Of a stretch of DNA of 64,000 nt, positions 8,638 through 17,821 are shown in pieces. Location of the stretch: the NCBI GenBank assembly GCA_965242545.1, contig OZ251456.1:1158756-1222755 (forward strand), read 5' to 3'. The notes beneath the pieces are model-generated. The model was not told the origin of the DNA, did no database searches, and saw only the letters and a program-made list of their open reading frames with translations. A program made the translations under genes and the position numbers. The DNA comes from a bacterium (lineage in GTDB: Bacteria; UBA8248). Each line of letters begins with the position of its first letter. Position 1 is the first letter of the stretch.

Positions 8638-9768
8638 ATGACGGAGAAAGGGGGCGGGGGCTTCGACGTGGAGCCTCTGCTGCGAAAAGGCGTCTCCTCG
8701 CTCGAGGCCTACGTTCCGGGCCGCGCCATCGAGGACGTGGCCGCCGAATACGGGCTGAGCGAGGTCGTCAAGCTCGCCAGCAACGAGAACGCGCTCGGTC
8801 CCGCGCCGGGCGCGATGGAGGCGATTCGGGGCGCGCTCGAGGGCCTGCACCGCTATCCCGACGGCGGGGCGAAGGCGCTCGCCGCGCGCCTGGCGCGGAA
8901 GCTGGGCGTCTCGCCCTCGCGAATTTTCGTGGGAAACGGGGGAGACGACGTTCTCTCCGTTTTGAGCAGGACGCTTCTGAACGAGGGGGAGGAGGTCGTC
9001 ATCCCCCGGCCCACCTTCAGCCCCTACGCGCACATGAGCCGGGTGATGGGCGCGCGCGTCGTCTTCTCGCCCCTGCGGGACATGAGGATAGACCTGGAGG
9101 ACGTTCTCTCCAGAATTTCCAAACGGACGAAGATCGTCTTTTTGTGTTCGCCGAACAACCCCACGGGCGCGATACTGCCCGGGGACGAGCTGGTTTCCTT
9201 TCTGGCGAGACTGCCCGGGGGCGTTCTGACGCTGCTGGATGAGGCCTACGGCGACTTCGCGGACGATCCGGCCTTTCCCGACAGCATGGCCCTGATAGAT
9301 CGCTTTCCGATCGTCGCGCTGCGCTCGTTTTCCAAGATCTACGGACTGGCGGGTCTGCGCGTGGGGTTCGGCGTGGGCCGGAGCGGGGTGGTCGAATACA
9401 TGAACCGCGTCCGCGAACCCTTCAACGTGAACCGGCTCGCGCAGGCGGCGGCCCTGGCCGCGCTGGAGGATGACGACTACAGGGAGCGCGCCGTCGCGCT
9501 GGCGCGGGAGGGCAGGGAGGCGCTCTACCGGGCCTTCGACGAGATGGGGGTCGAGCATCTCAGGAGCCAGGCGAATTTCGTTTTCGCGCGCGTGGGCGAC
9601 GGGGACGCCGCCTCCGAGGCGCTGGCGCGCGAGGGCGTCATCGTTCGCGCCGGCGGCGCCTTCGGCTGCCCCGGGTGGATTCGCGTCACCGTCGGACTCG
9701 GACCCGAAAACGAGCGCTTCCTCGCCGCGCTCCGGCGCTTTCTCGGCCGGGGCGGCTCCGGAGCGTAA
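8638..9768 (+). CDS. hisC: Histidinol-phosphate aminotransferase
   Basis: KLASNENALG, CSPNNPTG, LDEAY, RSFSKIYGLAGLRVG PLP-lysine motif. ATG 8638 follows GGAGG. Confidence 0.92.
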   Translation: MTEKGGGGFDVEPLLRKGVSSLEAYVPGRAIEDVAAEYGLSEVVKLASNENALGPAPGAMEAIRGALEGLHRYPDGGAKALAARLARKLGVSPSRIFVGNGGDDVLSVLSRTLLNEGEEVVIPRPTFSPYAHMSRVMGARVVFSPLRDMRIDLEDVLSRISKRTKIVFLCSPNNPTGAILPGDELVSFLARLPGGVLTLLDEAYGDFADDPAFPDSMALIDRFPIVALRSFSKIYGLAGLRVGFGVGRSGVVEYMNRVREPFNVNRLAQAAALAALEDDDYRERAVALAREGREALYRAFDEMGVEHLRSQANFVFARVGDGDAASEALAREGVIVRAGGAFGCPGWIRVTVGLGPENERFLAALRRFLGRGGSGA

Positions 9769-9825
9769 GCTTCCTTCAGTCTTTTTTTCTTCAAAAACGG
9801 GGCGTCGGCCGCCTGATGCGCGTCC

Positions 9826-10113
9826 TTACCGGCCTCGCTTCCGGTTCACCGCGTCCTTGAGGGTCTTGCCCGGGGCGAACTTGGGCGCCTTGCTCGCCTT
9901 GATCTTGATGGTTTCGCCCGTTCTCGGGTTTCGGCCCGTGCGCGCGCCGCGCTTCGAGACGGAGAACGTGCCGAAGCCGACGAGGGACACGCGATCCCCC
10001 TTCTTCAGCGCGCGGGTGACGGAGTCAAGCAGGGACTTGAGCGCCCTGTCCGCGGCGGCTTTCGAGATGCCCGCCTCATCGGCGATTTTTTCTACGAGAT
10101 CAGATTTCTGCAT
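9826..10113 (-). CDS. hup: HU family DNA-binding protein
   Basis: [11 protein letters not shown]...[33 protein letters not shown]...[13 protein letters not shown]. Confidence 0.97.
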   Translation of the reverse strand: MQKSDLVEKIADEAGISKAAADRALKSLLDSVTRALKKGDRVSLVGFGTFSVSKRGARTGRNPRTGETIKIKASKAPKFAPGKTLKDAVNRKRGR

Positions 10114-10423
10114 TCGGGAGTCCTCTTGGAATTGAATTCGCCGGGCCGATATCCTCTGCTTCTCATGTCAGTATCAAACCGTTGGGCCGCCAACGCAACG
10201 CGAACGAAAATGGAATAGAGACACTCTAACCCGCCTCCGCGAAGGGGTCAACAGGGAGGGCGGGAATGAAGGGCGAAATCCGCATTTTTCGCGCCGAAGT
10301 CCGAAAAACGCGCCCGGGGGCGCGTCAATGAGAGGGAAGCCGGGTCCCTGGGGATTCGGAAGCCGTCTCGCCGGACGCCCTCCCGCCGTTCTTTTTCCGG
10401 GCGGGCGGGCGCCGGCGTCCGCG

Positions 10424-12157
10424 CTAGCGAAGCGAGAGGCCGGTGCGGCGCGGCATCTTGCGAAGCCGCTCATAGCGTGCGACGGTCGGCTGGTTGATGA
10501 GGGGCTTGGGTTCGTCCTCGAGGCTTTGCTGGTGAACGTCGTCCGTGAAGCCCTGAATGCCGACCCGGGGGAGCGCCTTGCCGATGAAGCGCTCGATGTT
10601 CTTGACGAGCGTGATTTCGCCGGGCGACATGAGCGTCATGGCGTAGCCGATGCGGCCCGCCCGCGCCGTTCTGCCCGCGCGGTGCACGTAGTCCTCGGGG
10701 TATTCCGGCGCGTCGTAGTTGATGACGTGCGAGATGCCCGTCACGTCGATGCCGCGAGATACGATGTCCGTCGCCACGAGCACGCGGTGCTTTCCCTCCC
10801 GGAACCCCGAGAGCGCCTTCTCCCGCTGCCGCTGGCTCCTGTCGGAGTGAATCCTGGCGACGGAGATTTTCTCGCGCTCCAGCAGGTCGCACAGCTGGTC
10901 GGCGCCCGCCTTGGTGCGCGTGAAGATGAGGGCGCTCCTCACCTCGTATTTTCCGATGATGTTCAGCACGCCGCGGGGCTTGTTCCCCGCGCTGATGGGA
11001 TAGACGCCGTGGTGAATGCCCTCCGCCGGCGTCGAGGGAGGCGAGATGTTGATCTGCGCCGGGTCGTTCACCGCGCGGTTCGCCAGGTCCTGAATCTTGG
11101 GGGGCATGGTGGCGGAGAAGAGCATGGTCTGCCGCTTTTTGGGCAGCCGCCCGAGAATGTCGGTGATCTCCTCGGCGAAGCCCATGTCCAGCATCCGGTC
11201 GGCCTCGTCGATGATGAGGATTTCCAGGTTCCTGAAATGGACGGATTTGCGGTTCAGGTGATCGAGCAGCCTGCCCGGCGTCGCCACGATGACGTCCACG
11301 TTGTCCCGAAAAACCTTGAACTGCGGATCGTAGTCCACCCCGCCGTAGATGACGGCGCACGAGGTCTTCAGGTGCCGGCCGAGCTGGTGGAACTGCTCGG
11401 AGACCTGAATGGCGAGCTCCCGCGTGGGGGTGAGCACGAGGCACCGGGTGCCCGATCCGCCTTGCAGACGCTCGAGCGCGGGCAGGGCGAAGGAGGCCGT
11501 TTTTCCCGTCCCCGTCTGCGCGCAGCCGATGACGTCCCCGCCCTCGCGAGCGAGGGGAATCACCTCTCTCTGAATGGGCGTGGGCGCGCCGAATCCCATG
11601 GCGTGAACGCCCCGGAGCAGCTCGGGCATGAGTCCGAGCTCCCGGAATCCATCCGGCGCCTCGCTGACGTCGAAGTCGCCCAGTCCCAGATCGTCCGCCT
11701 CCTTCCGGTAGGTGACGCCGTTGTAGGGGGCGTCATCGGCTTTTGGGGGCGCCTGGCGACGCGCCGGCTTCGCTCCCGGGGCGGCCGGCTTCCTCTTCCG
11801 GCGCCTTCTTTTCTTCCGGTCATCGGGGGGCTGGGCGCCGTTTTTCCGGCCGTTCGATTCCTGCTTTCTCGGTTCCGCGACTGCTGTGCCTGGACTGGTC
11901 AAGGATTCTCCATGTTCTTGGTTTTTCCGGGGACGCCTGCGCCGGCGGCGCGGCTTCCCGGAGTTCCGGACGGCTTTTTGCTGATGAGATTCGCCATGAG
12001 CGGGCTTGCCGGGGGCGGATGCGCCGTTGCGCCGGCCGGAGTGGTTTTCCGACGGCGGGGACGCGGCTTCCTGCACCTTGGGGGGAGCCTGGCTCTCGGG
12101 GTCGTCTTCTTTGTTTTCGGAGCGTATGATGCTCGCCAAATATCTGATAATTCTCAC
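10424..12157 (-). CDS. DEAD-box RNA helicase with ~160-aa basic/disordered N-terminal extension
   Basis: Q motif (GFGAPTPIQ), AQTGTGKT, PTRELA, TPGRLLD, DEAD, SAT, ATDIVSRGID, YVHRAGRTARAG. Confidence 0.95.
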   Translation of the reverse strand: MRIIRYLASIIRSENKEDDPESQAPPKVQEAASPPSENHSGRRNGASAPGKPAHGESHQQKAVRNSGKPRRRRRRPRKNQEHGESLTSPGTAVAEPRKQESNGRKNGAQPPDDRKKRRRRKRKPAAPGAKPARRQAPPKADDAPYNGVTYRKEADDLGLGDFDVSEAPDGFRELGLMPELLRGVHAMGFGAPTPIQREVIPLAREGGDVIGCAQTGTGKTASFALPALERLQGGSGTRCLVLTPTRELAIQVSEQFHQLGRHLKTSCAVIYGGVDYDPQFKVFRDNVDVIVATPGRLLDHLNRKSVHFRNLEILIIDEADRMLDMGFAEEITDILGRLPKKRQTMLFSATMPPKIQDLANRAVNDPAQINISPPSTPAEGIHHGVYPISAGNKPRGVLNIIGKYEVRSALIFTRTKAGADQLCDLLEREKISVARIHSDRSQRQREKALSGFREGKHRVLVATDIVSRGIDVTGISHVINYDAPEYPEDYVHRAGRTARAGRIGYAMTLMSPGEITLVKNIERFIGKALPRVGIQGFTDDVHQQSLEDEPKPLINQPTVARYERLRKMPRRTGLSLR

Positions 12158-12165
12158 GATGGGTG

Positions 12166-12195
12166 TTTATAGGGGAAGATGCTTCCGCGTGTCAA
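12166..12195 (-). promoter_or_regulatory. Putative sigma70 promoter of the DEAD-box helicase (near-leaderless transcript)
   Basis: Minus strand TTGACA-N18-TATAAA; the -10 ends 8 nt before the GTG start at 12157. Confidence 0.6.
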
Positions 12196-12240
12196 GCGGG
12201 AAACTTCCGGGAATCGAAAACGGAGAGGGGGGCGTGATTC

Positions 12241-13242
12241 ATGGCGGGGAAGGGGGTCGTTCTGTGGCATCAGGAGAGCATCGACGCGCGGGACGTTCCC
12301 CGGTTCGCGCGGTGGTGTGAGGATTCGGGGATCGACTCCCTGTGGTTTCCCGAAACCTGGGTGCGTGACGGAAGCGTTCTCATCGCCATGGCGGCGCAGG
12401 CGGCGGGCGAAATCAAACTCGGCTCGGCGGTGTTCAACGTTTATGGCAGAAGCCCGGGACTCATGGCGCAGACGGCGGCGGAGCTCGACGTTCTGAGCGG
12501 CGGCCGCTTCCGGCTGGGACTCGGATCGAGCGGTCGGGCGGTGATCGAAAACTGGCACGGCGTTCCGTTCGGCAGCCCGCTCAGGCGCTCCCGGGAGATG
12601 GTGGCGGCCCTGCGGGGAGCGTTCCGGGGGGAGCGGGTGGAGATCGACGGCGAGGTCTATCGCATGAGCGGCTTCAAGCTGAGGCGCGGGCCGGTTCAGG
12701 AGCGGCTGCCCATCTACCTGGGCGCGAACGGCCCGAACTACACGAGGCTGACGGGGGAGGTCGCCGACGGCTGGATTCCCTTCTGCGTTCCGTTTTCGAG
12801 GACGAGGGACGCGCTCGAATTCCTGGAGGAGGGCGCGGCGGCGGCGGGCAGACGGGCGTCCGAAATCGACGTGGCGCCCTTCGTCTACGCGGCGCCCTTT
12901 GACGACCTGTCGCGCGCGCGCGCCCTCGTGAAGCCGGAGCTCGGCTTCTACATCGGCGCGATGGGCGACTACTACCACGCCCAGCTCTCGCGGTGGGGCT
13001 ACGGCGAGGACGCGGACAGGATTCGGGCGGCCTGGAGGAAGGGGGGACGCAAGGCGGCGGGGGAGGCGATTCCGGACGCCCTGGCGGATGAGCTCAGCAT
13101 TTGCGGCCCCAAATCGAGATGCGCGGAGATGCTGGCCGCCCTTCGGGAGATGGGCGTCACCAGGCCGCTCTTCCGTGTGCCCGACGAAGTGGAGGAGGAG
13201 GACGTGAGGCGCGCGATCCGGATTCTGGGAGCGCTCGACTGA
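12241..13242 (+). CDS. LLM-class (luciferase-like) flavin/F420-dependent oxidoreductase
   Basis: SLWFPE, KLGSAVFNVYGRSPGLMAQTAAELDVLSGGRFRLGLGSS, PIYLGANGP, GEVADGW. Confidence 0.9.
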   Translation: MAGKGVVLWHQESIDARDVPRFARWCEDSGIDSLWFPETWVRDGSVLIAMAAQAAGEIKLGSAVFNVYGRSPGLMAQTAAELDVLSGGRFRLGLGSSGRAVIENWHGVPFGSPLRRSREMVAALRGAFRGERVEIDGEVYRMSGFKLRRGPVQERLPIYLGANGPNYTRLTGEVADGWIPFCVPFSRTRDALEFLEEGAAAAGRRASEIDVAPFVYAAPFDDLSRARALVKPELGFYIGAMGDYYHAQLSRWGYGEDADRIRAAWRKGGRKAAGEAIPDALADELSICGPKSRCAEMLAALREMGVTRPLFRVPDEVEEEDVRRAIRILGALD

Positions 13243-13246
13243 ATTC

Positions 13247-13771
13247 CTATCTGGGATACCGCCCCCAGCCCGCGATGTGGCCCCTCAGATAGCAGATCTG
13301 GCCGACGTGCGAGATGTGATCGCCCAGATACCGCCCCAGCGCGAGGCCGATCTTGACGCGCCCGGGGCCTGCGAAATCGTCTTTTTCCTCACTGAGGTCC
13401 GCCCCGCGGAGCTCGGCGAGGCAGGCGAGCGTCCTCTCGCGCGTCATCTCGAAATAGCCCATCAGGGCGTCCTTGCTCACCTTGAGCGCGAGGACCTGAT
13501 CCAGCGTGTCGCCCATGCCGTCGCGTTCGGCCTCCGCCGCCATGTCGAAGCGCTCGTGCCATTTCGCCTCCAGCCAGAACTGCGGGGCGTCGGCGATGAA
13601 GGCGAACGTCCTGTCCTCGAAGCGCGTCATGTGCCAGACGAGCCAGCCCATGGGGTTGTCGTTCGGACCCGGCTGAACCATGAGGTCCGCGTCGCTCACG
13701 TCCTCCATGACTTCGCGGAGCCTCATGCCGTAGGCTTCCAGGCGTTCTGCGATGATGGCGGGCGCGTCCAT
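13247..13771 (-). CDS. DinB-family protein
   Basis: NPMGWLVWHM and DHISHVGQICYLRG give the His triad pattern of the DinB/YfiT four-helix family. Confidence 0.85.
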   Translation of the reverse strand: MDAPAIIAERLEAYGMRLREVMEDVSDADLMVQPGPNDNPMGWLVWHMTRFEDRTFAFIADAPQFWLEAKWHERFDMAAEAERDGMGDTLDQVLALKVSKDALMGYFEMTRERTLACLAELRGADLSEEKDDFAGPGRVKIGLALGRYLGDHISHVGQICYLRGHIAGWGRYPR

Positions 13772-13854
13772 GCGCGGCTACTCCTTCGTGGGTGATGGGG
13801 GCGAGAGACGCCCCCCTCCCGGGGACGAAGAGCGTCTTTCGGCGATTCGCCTCG

Positions 13855-14547
13855 CTAGATGGCCGTTCCGGCGCGGGCGGTGAAGATGGTGTGCGCTATT
13901 TCCGGCATCCCCTCGAAGGCGGGGTCCTCGTTCACCATGCGCGCCAGGTATTCGTCCACGTGCTCGGCGTTCGACCAGCTGCACTTGTAGGCCACCTTGC
14001 CGTCCTTGCCGATGAGCCAGATGGTGTTCGGGAGGTCTCCGAGCATGGCGTGAACCTTCTGATCCATCTCATCGACCAGGATGCCGGTCTTCATGTTCTT
14101 GACCTCGGCCAGCTCCCTGGCGTAGCCCAGCTTGTGCTCGTAGGATTCGTGGTTTCTGACGCTCGGGAACCCGCGCTCGCCCGCGTGAGGCTCCCGCACG
14201 TAGAGGTTGAAGACGACCACGTCGCGCTCTGCGTATTTCTCCTGCAGTTCCTCGTAAAACGGCACCTGCCGCCTGTAGGGCGGTCACGTGATAGCGCCCG
14301 TGGTGATCACCACGTATTTCTTCCCCAGGTAGTCCCCCATGCGGCGGCGCGCGCCGTGAATGTCCCTCAGCTCGAAATCCGGAAAAGAGCTGCCGGGGGG
14401 CAGAACGTCCGGAAATTTCTCGTAAAAGTTCTTGACCCGCTTGCTCGTCACGAGTTTGAGGGTCTTCAGGATGTTCAGGTATTGCCAGGACCAGAAGCCC
14501 GCCATCGGCCCCCAGGGTTTGTGGACGAGATCGTTGGCCGGTCGCAT
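13855..14547 (-). CDS. Iodothyronine-deiodinase-like thioredoxin-fold selenoprotein (in-frame UGA = Sec, 230 aa)
   Basis: Track ORFs 14284..14547 and 13855..14265 are in the same frame and join through UGA at 14284-14286: FPDFEL...VVITTGAIT-U-PPYRRQV...FNLYVREPHAGE. This matches deiodinase GSxTUPxF and YIxEAH motifs. RBS GGAGGAG; SECIS-like hairpin follows the UGA. Confidence 0.85.
14258..14273 (-). promoter_or_regulatory. Bacterial SECIS-like hairpin
   Basis: Ten nt after the UGA: GGCGGC-AGGU-GCCGUU (4 GC + 2 GU pairs, AGGU loop), resembling the AGGU-containing apical loop of the E. coli fdhF SECIS. Confidence 0.7.
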
Positions 14548-14730
14548 GATGAGGATGCTCCTCCGGAAGATGCGCGGGACTGCGGGAATGATTGTCGATT
14601 CTCTTATTCTTTACCCAATCGCCGCAGGAAATACAAGCCCGGAATCCGCGGTGTTTCGCCGCCGGACGCATCGCATCTTTTCCGCCAGGAACCGCGCGCG
14701 TCCGACCCTTGCGCCCGGAGGGAGCGCCCC

Positions 14731-15417
14731 TTATCGGAAGTCGAACGTCAGTTGCGGCCTCGCCTCTTCGGCGTCGTCCCGGCTTCGGGGGCTGCTTTCC
14801 CGCGCCTCGGGAAGCGCCGGCTTCCTCTTTTCGCCTGCCGCGCTCCCGCTTCTCCGCCGCGCGTCGGAGGCTGCCGTCTCGAGCGCGGCCTTCAGGTTCT
14901 CGGGCCGCTCCCAGGCGGCGCGCTTCGCCGCCGGCCGCTCCCGGCCCTTCGCGCGCGCGAGTCTGGCCTTGAGGTCGTCGATGCGGGCGTAGAAGCCCGG
15001 GCTGTGGGGGGTGGAGGAGATGCCGAGCAGTTTTCTGTCGACGTGGTGCATGAGCTCGTGGACGAGGGTGTCGAAAAACGTCTTGCCGGCCACGACCTGC
15101 TCCCGGACGGCCGTGAGGTTGGCGATTCCGATCGTCCCGTTCTCGAAGTAATAGACGCCGTATTCCTTGTAGGCGAGTTTTCCGCCGCGCAGTTTGTGGG
15201 GCTGTCGGTTGTCGAGAACGCGCAGGCGCGCCGGCGGGATTTTCATGGCGCGGCAGACGCTGTCGAGCAGCTTCTGGCCCAGGGCTTCGCGCTCGCTCGC
15301 CCGCGTGGACGCGATGAGCCTCCTCGATAGTTCGCGCTCCTGCGGCGAGGGGCGGTATTTCAGCGAGGGCAACCCGTTGGAGCGGATGAAGTCCGGCGTG
15401 TCGCGGCGCCTGCCCAT
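14731..15417 (-). CDS. SprT-like / HExxH zinc metalloprotease-domain protein
   Basis: FFDTLVHELMHH...TPHSPGFY (HExxH plus a third His); charged low-complexity tail ending RPQLTFDFR. Start moved to ATG 15417 because a perfect -10 lies downstream of the track's ATG 15486. Confidence 0.7.
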   Translation of the reverse strand: MGRRRDTPDFIRSNGLPSLKYRPSPQERELSRRLIASTRASEREALGQKLLDSVCRAMKIPPARLRVLDNRQPHKLRGGKLAYKEYGVYYFENGTIGIANLTAVREQVVAGKTFFDTLVHELMHHVDRKLLGISSTPHSPGFYARIDDLKARLARAKGRERPAAKRAAWERPENLKAALETAASDARRRSGSAAGEKRKPALPEARESSPRSRDDAEEARPQLTFDFR

Positions 15418-15475
15418 TCGCGCTGCTCCCGGGGCGGAACGCTCCCCTGATGCGAAGCGGGCGGTTCGGCGGGGC

Positions 15476-15481
15476 ATTATA
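15476..15481 (-). promoter_or_regulatory. Putative -10 element of the SprT-like gene
   Basis: Perfect TATAAT on the minus strand; weak -35. Confidence 0.4.
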
Positions 15482-15513
15482 GGCAAATCGGCCGCCGGGG
15501 GCGAGAGGGCGGC

Positions 15514-16551
15514 TCAGTCCGTCGACAGAATCTCCTCTATCGTCACCGTCCGCTTCTCGGCGCTGCTTTTCAGAATCGCCCGCATGACGGCGAGCGCGCG
15601 AACGCCGTGGCGGCCGGTGACTTCCGGATCCCTGTCCTCCCGGATGGCGCCGACCAGATCGTCGAACTGCTCGCGGTTGGCGAGCAGTCTCCCTTCCACC
15701 AGATCGTGATCAAGGGCGACGGTTTCCGTCTCCACCCCGCCCATCATGTCCACCGGCCGCTTGAGGGTCGGGTTTTCCGTCGTGGTGAGGCTCAGGTTCG
15801 CCTCCGTACCCTGGATGTCGAAGGCGAAGTGAAACGGGGCGAGATAGCTGCCGGAGACGACGCCCAGCAGTCCGCTCTCGAAGCGCAGGACGGCGGCGGC
15901 GGCGTCCTCCTGGGGGTTCGGGCCGCCCACCTTGGCGCACCGGGCGCTCACCTCGGCGACCTCGCCGAAGAGATGCTCCATCACGTCGCCCAGGTGGATG
16001 GTGTAGCTGTAGAGCGGCCCGCCCGGGTTCTCCGTGGCGTCCCACCTCATGCTCCCGGGCCCCGCCGTGAAGCCGTGATTGTTTGAAAAGGTGGCGACCG
16101 TGAAGTTCACCAGCCCCAGGTCCCCGCTTTCGACGATCTCCTTCGCCTTGCGGAACATCGGCCAGCGCCTGAAATTCTGGCCCATGTGGAGCTTCACGCC
16201 GCAGTCCCGGCAGGCGCGCTCAATGGCCCTGGCGTCGGAGACGCTGAGCGCCATGGGTTTTTCGAGGTGAACGTGCTTGCCCGCGCGCGCGGCCGCGATG
16301 GCGATCTCCTTGTGAGCGGAGTTCGCCGTGGCGATGACGACGGCGTCCGTTTCCGCGTCGGCCAGCGCCTCTTCCAGGGAGCCGAAATTCCTGCCGCCGT
16401 ATTTGGCGACAAATTCCTCGCGGGAGGAGGGCGTGCGGGCGAAGCCGCCGCTCACCCGCGCTTTCCCGGAAGCCAGGGCGGCGTCGGCGAGCGCGGCGCC
16501 CCACCAGCCCAGCCCGATGAAGGCCAGCCCGATTTTGGGAGAATCGTTCAT
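15514..16551 (-). CDS. Gfo/Idh/MocA family oxidoreductase
   Basis: FIGLGWWG, DAVVIATANSAH, GKHVHLEKPMA, GGPLYSYTIH. Confidence 0.92.
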   Translation of the reverse strand: MNDSPKIGLAFIGLGWWGAALADAALASGKARVSGGFARTPSSREEFVAKYGGRNFGSLEEALADAETDAVVIATANSAHKEIAIAAARAGKHVHLEKPMALSVSDARAIERACRDCGVKLHMGQNFRRWPMFRKAKEIVESGDLGLVNFTVATFSNNHGFTAGPGSMRWDATENPGGPLYSYTIHLGDVMEHLFGEVAEVSARCAKVGGPNPQEDAAAAVLRFESGLLGVVSGSYLAPFHFAFDIQGTEANLSLTTTENPTLKRPVDMMGGVETETVALDHDLVEGRLLANREQFDDLVGAIREDRDPEVTGRHGVRALAVMRAILKSSAEKRTVTIEEILSTD

Positions 16552-16627
16552 TCGTCGGCTCCTTGAGGCGCGAAAACGCGGGCGCGCGCCGCTTCCGGCG
16601 GATGGAGAGGGACGCCGGCCGGCGCGC

Positions 16628-17395
16628 TCAGCGGCCCCGCCATTCGGGTTTGCGCTTCTCCGTGAAGGCCGCCAGACCCTCCTTCGTGTCCTCGGAGGTC
16701 TGGAGGCGGTAGCTGATGAGCTTGGCCATGTTGATGCCCTCGCGCACGTCGGGCGTTCTCATTCCCTTGAGCAGCGCCTCTTTCGTGTGCCGGACGGAAA
16801 GGGGCGCGTTCTGATTGATGAGGCGGGCCATGGCGCACGCCTCGTCCATCAGATCCTCGGGGGGAACCACCTTGTTCACCATTCCCCAGCGCGCGGCCTC
16901 CGCCGCCGGGATGTTCCTGCCGGTCAGGATGAACTCCATGGCGATGCCGGGCGGGATGGTCTTGGGCAGCCGCTGGTGTCCGCCCAGGCTCATCGCGCCG
17001 TATCTGGGCTGCGGATAGCCGAAGGTGGCCTTTTCCGACGCGATGCGGATGTCGCACGAGAGCGCGAGCGAGCACCCTCCGCCGAAGGCGTAGCCGTTCA
17101 CCGCGGCGATGATGGGCTTGTATATCTCGAGTTCGCCGTACCACATCGTGGGCGAATCGTGATCCTTGTATTGGCCGTCGCTCTCCAGGATCATGGCCAG
17201 ATCGTGGCCCGAGCAGAAGGAGCGATCCCCGGCGCCGGTGACGATGGCCGTCCATGCGGCGTCGTCCTGGGCGAATTCCTGCCACGTCTCGTAAAGCTCC
17301 CCGACCATTTCCTCGTTGTAGGCGTTGAGCTTGTCGGGCCGGTTCAGGGTGATGGTGGCGATTTTGTCCTTCACGTCGTAGAGGATGAAGTTCAT
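16628..17395 (-). CDS. Enoyl-CoA hydratase/isomerase (crotonase) family protein
   Basis: ITLNRPDKLNA, FCSGHDL, KPIIAAVNGYAFGGG, CDIRIAS, EGLAAFTEKRKPEW. ATG at 17395. Confidence 0.92.
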   Translation of the reverse strand: MNFILYDVKDKIATITLNRPDKLNAYNEEMVGELYETWQEFAQDDAAWTAIVTGAGDRSFCSGHDLAMILESDGQYKDHDSPTMWYGELEIYKPIIAAVNGYAFGGGCSLALSCDIRIASEKATFGYPQPRYGAMSLGGHQRLPKTIPPGIAMEFILTGRNIPAAEAARWGMVNKVVPPEDLMDEACAMARLINQNAPLSVRHTKEALLKGMRTPDVREGINMAKLISYRLQTSEDTKEGLAAFTEKRKPEWRGR

Positions 17396-17821
17396 CTTTG
17401 GCTCTCCGCGTCTGGCTGTCGATTCGACGAACGTTGAGGCGATGCGCCCGCGCGTCCCGCCAAGGTGGAGCGGCTGCGCCGTCCCGGGCCCGAGCGCCCG
17501 GAGGCGGCGCTTCTCCACAGGCCCGGCTTCGGAGCGCGCGCGGGGCGGTGATTTCGCTTTGCTCCATTCTACTGCTTTTCGCCGCCGAATCAAGCGGGGC
17601 CATGAGTCGGATTCCGGGTTCGCGCCCGCGCTCGATCCGCTCCCGACGCTGCGCCCGCCGGCGTTTTCTTGACACGCCGCCATGCGGGTGCTAGCGTCGC
17701 CTGGAAGATTTTCCGATGCGCGAATCCGCCCGAATCGTCATGGGCCGGCTCTTGGTCGACCCGGCATTTTCGTATGACAAGCCTTTGATCTTCCAGGAAT
17801 TTTCCCGAGGAGGAAGACGCG

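Noticed and set aside
13855-14547. Reading the deiodinase-like gene as a nonsense pseudogene or two separate genes
   Set aside because: The single stop is UGA exactly at the catalytic Sec position, followed by a SECIS-like hairpin, and both halves are otherwise intact.
17396-17821. Extended starts (16628..17683, 17716..19005) or hidden genes in the ECH/M24 intergenic region
   Set aside because: The extensions are low-complexity GC-rich noise; family homology begins at 17395 and 17822.
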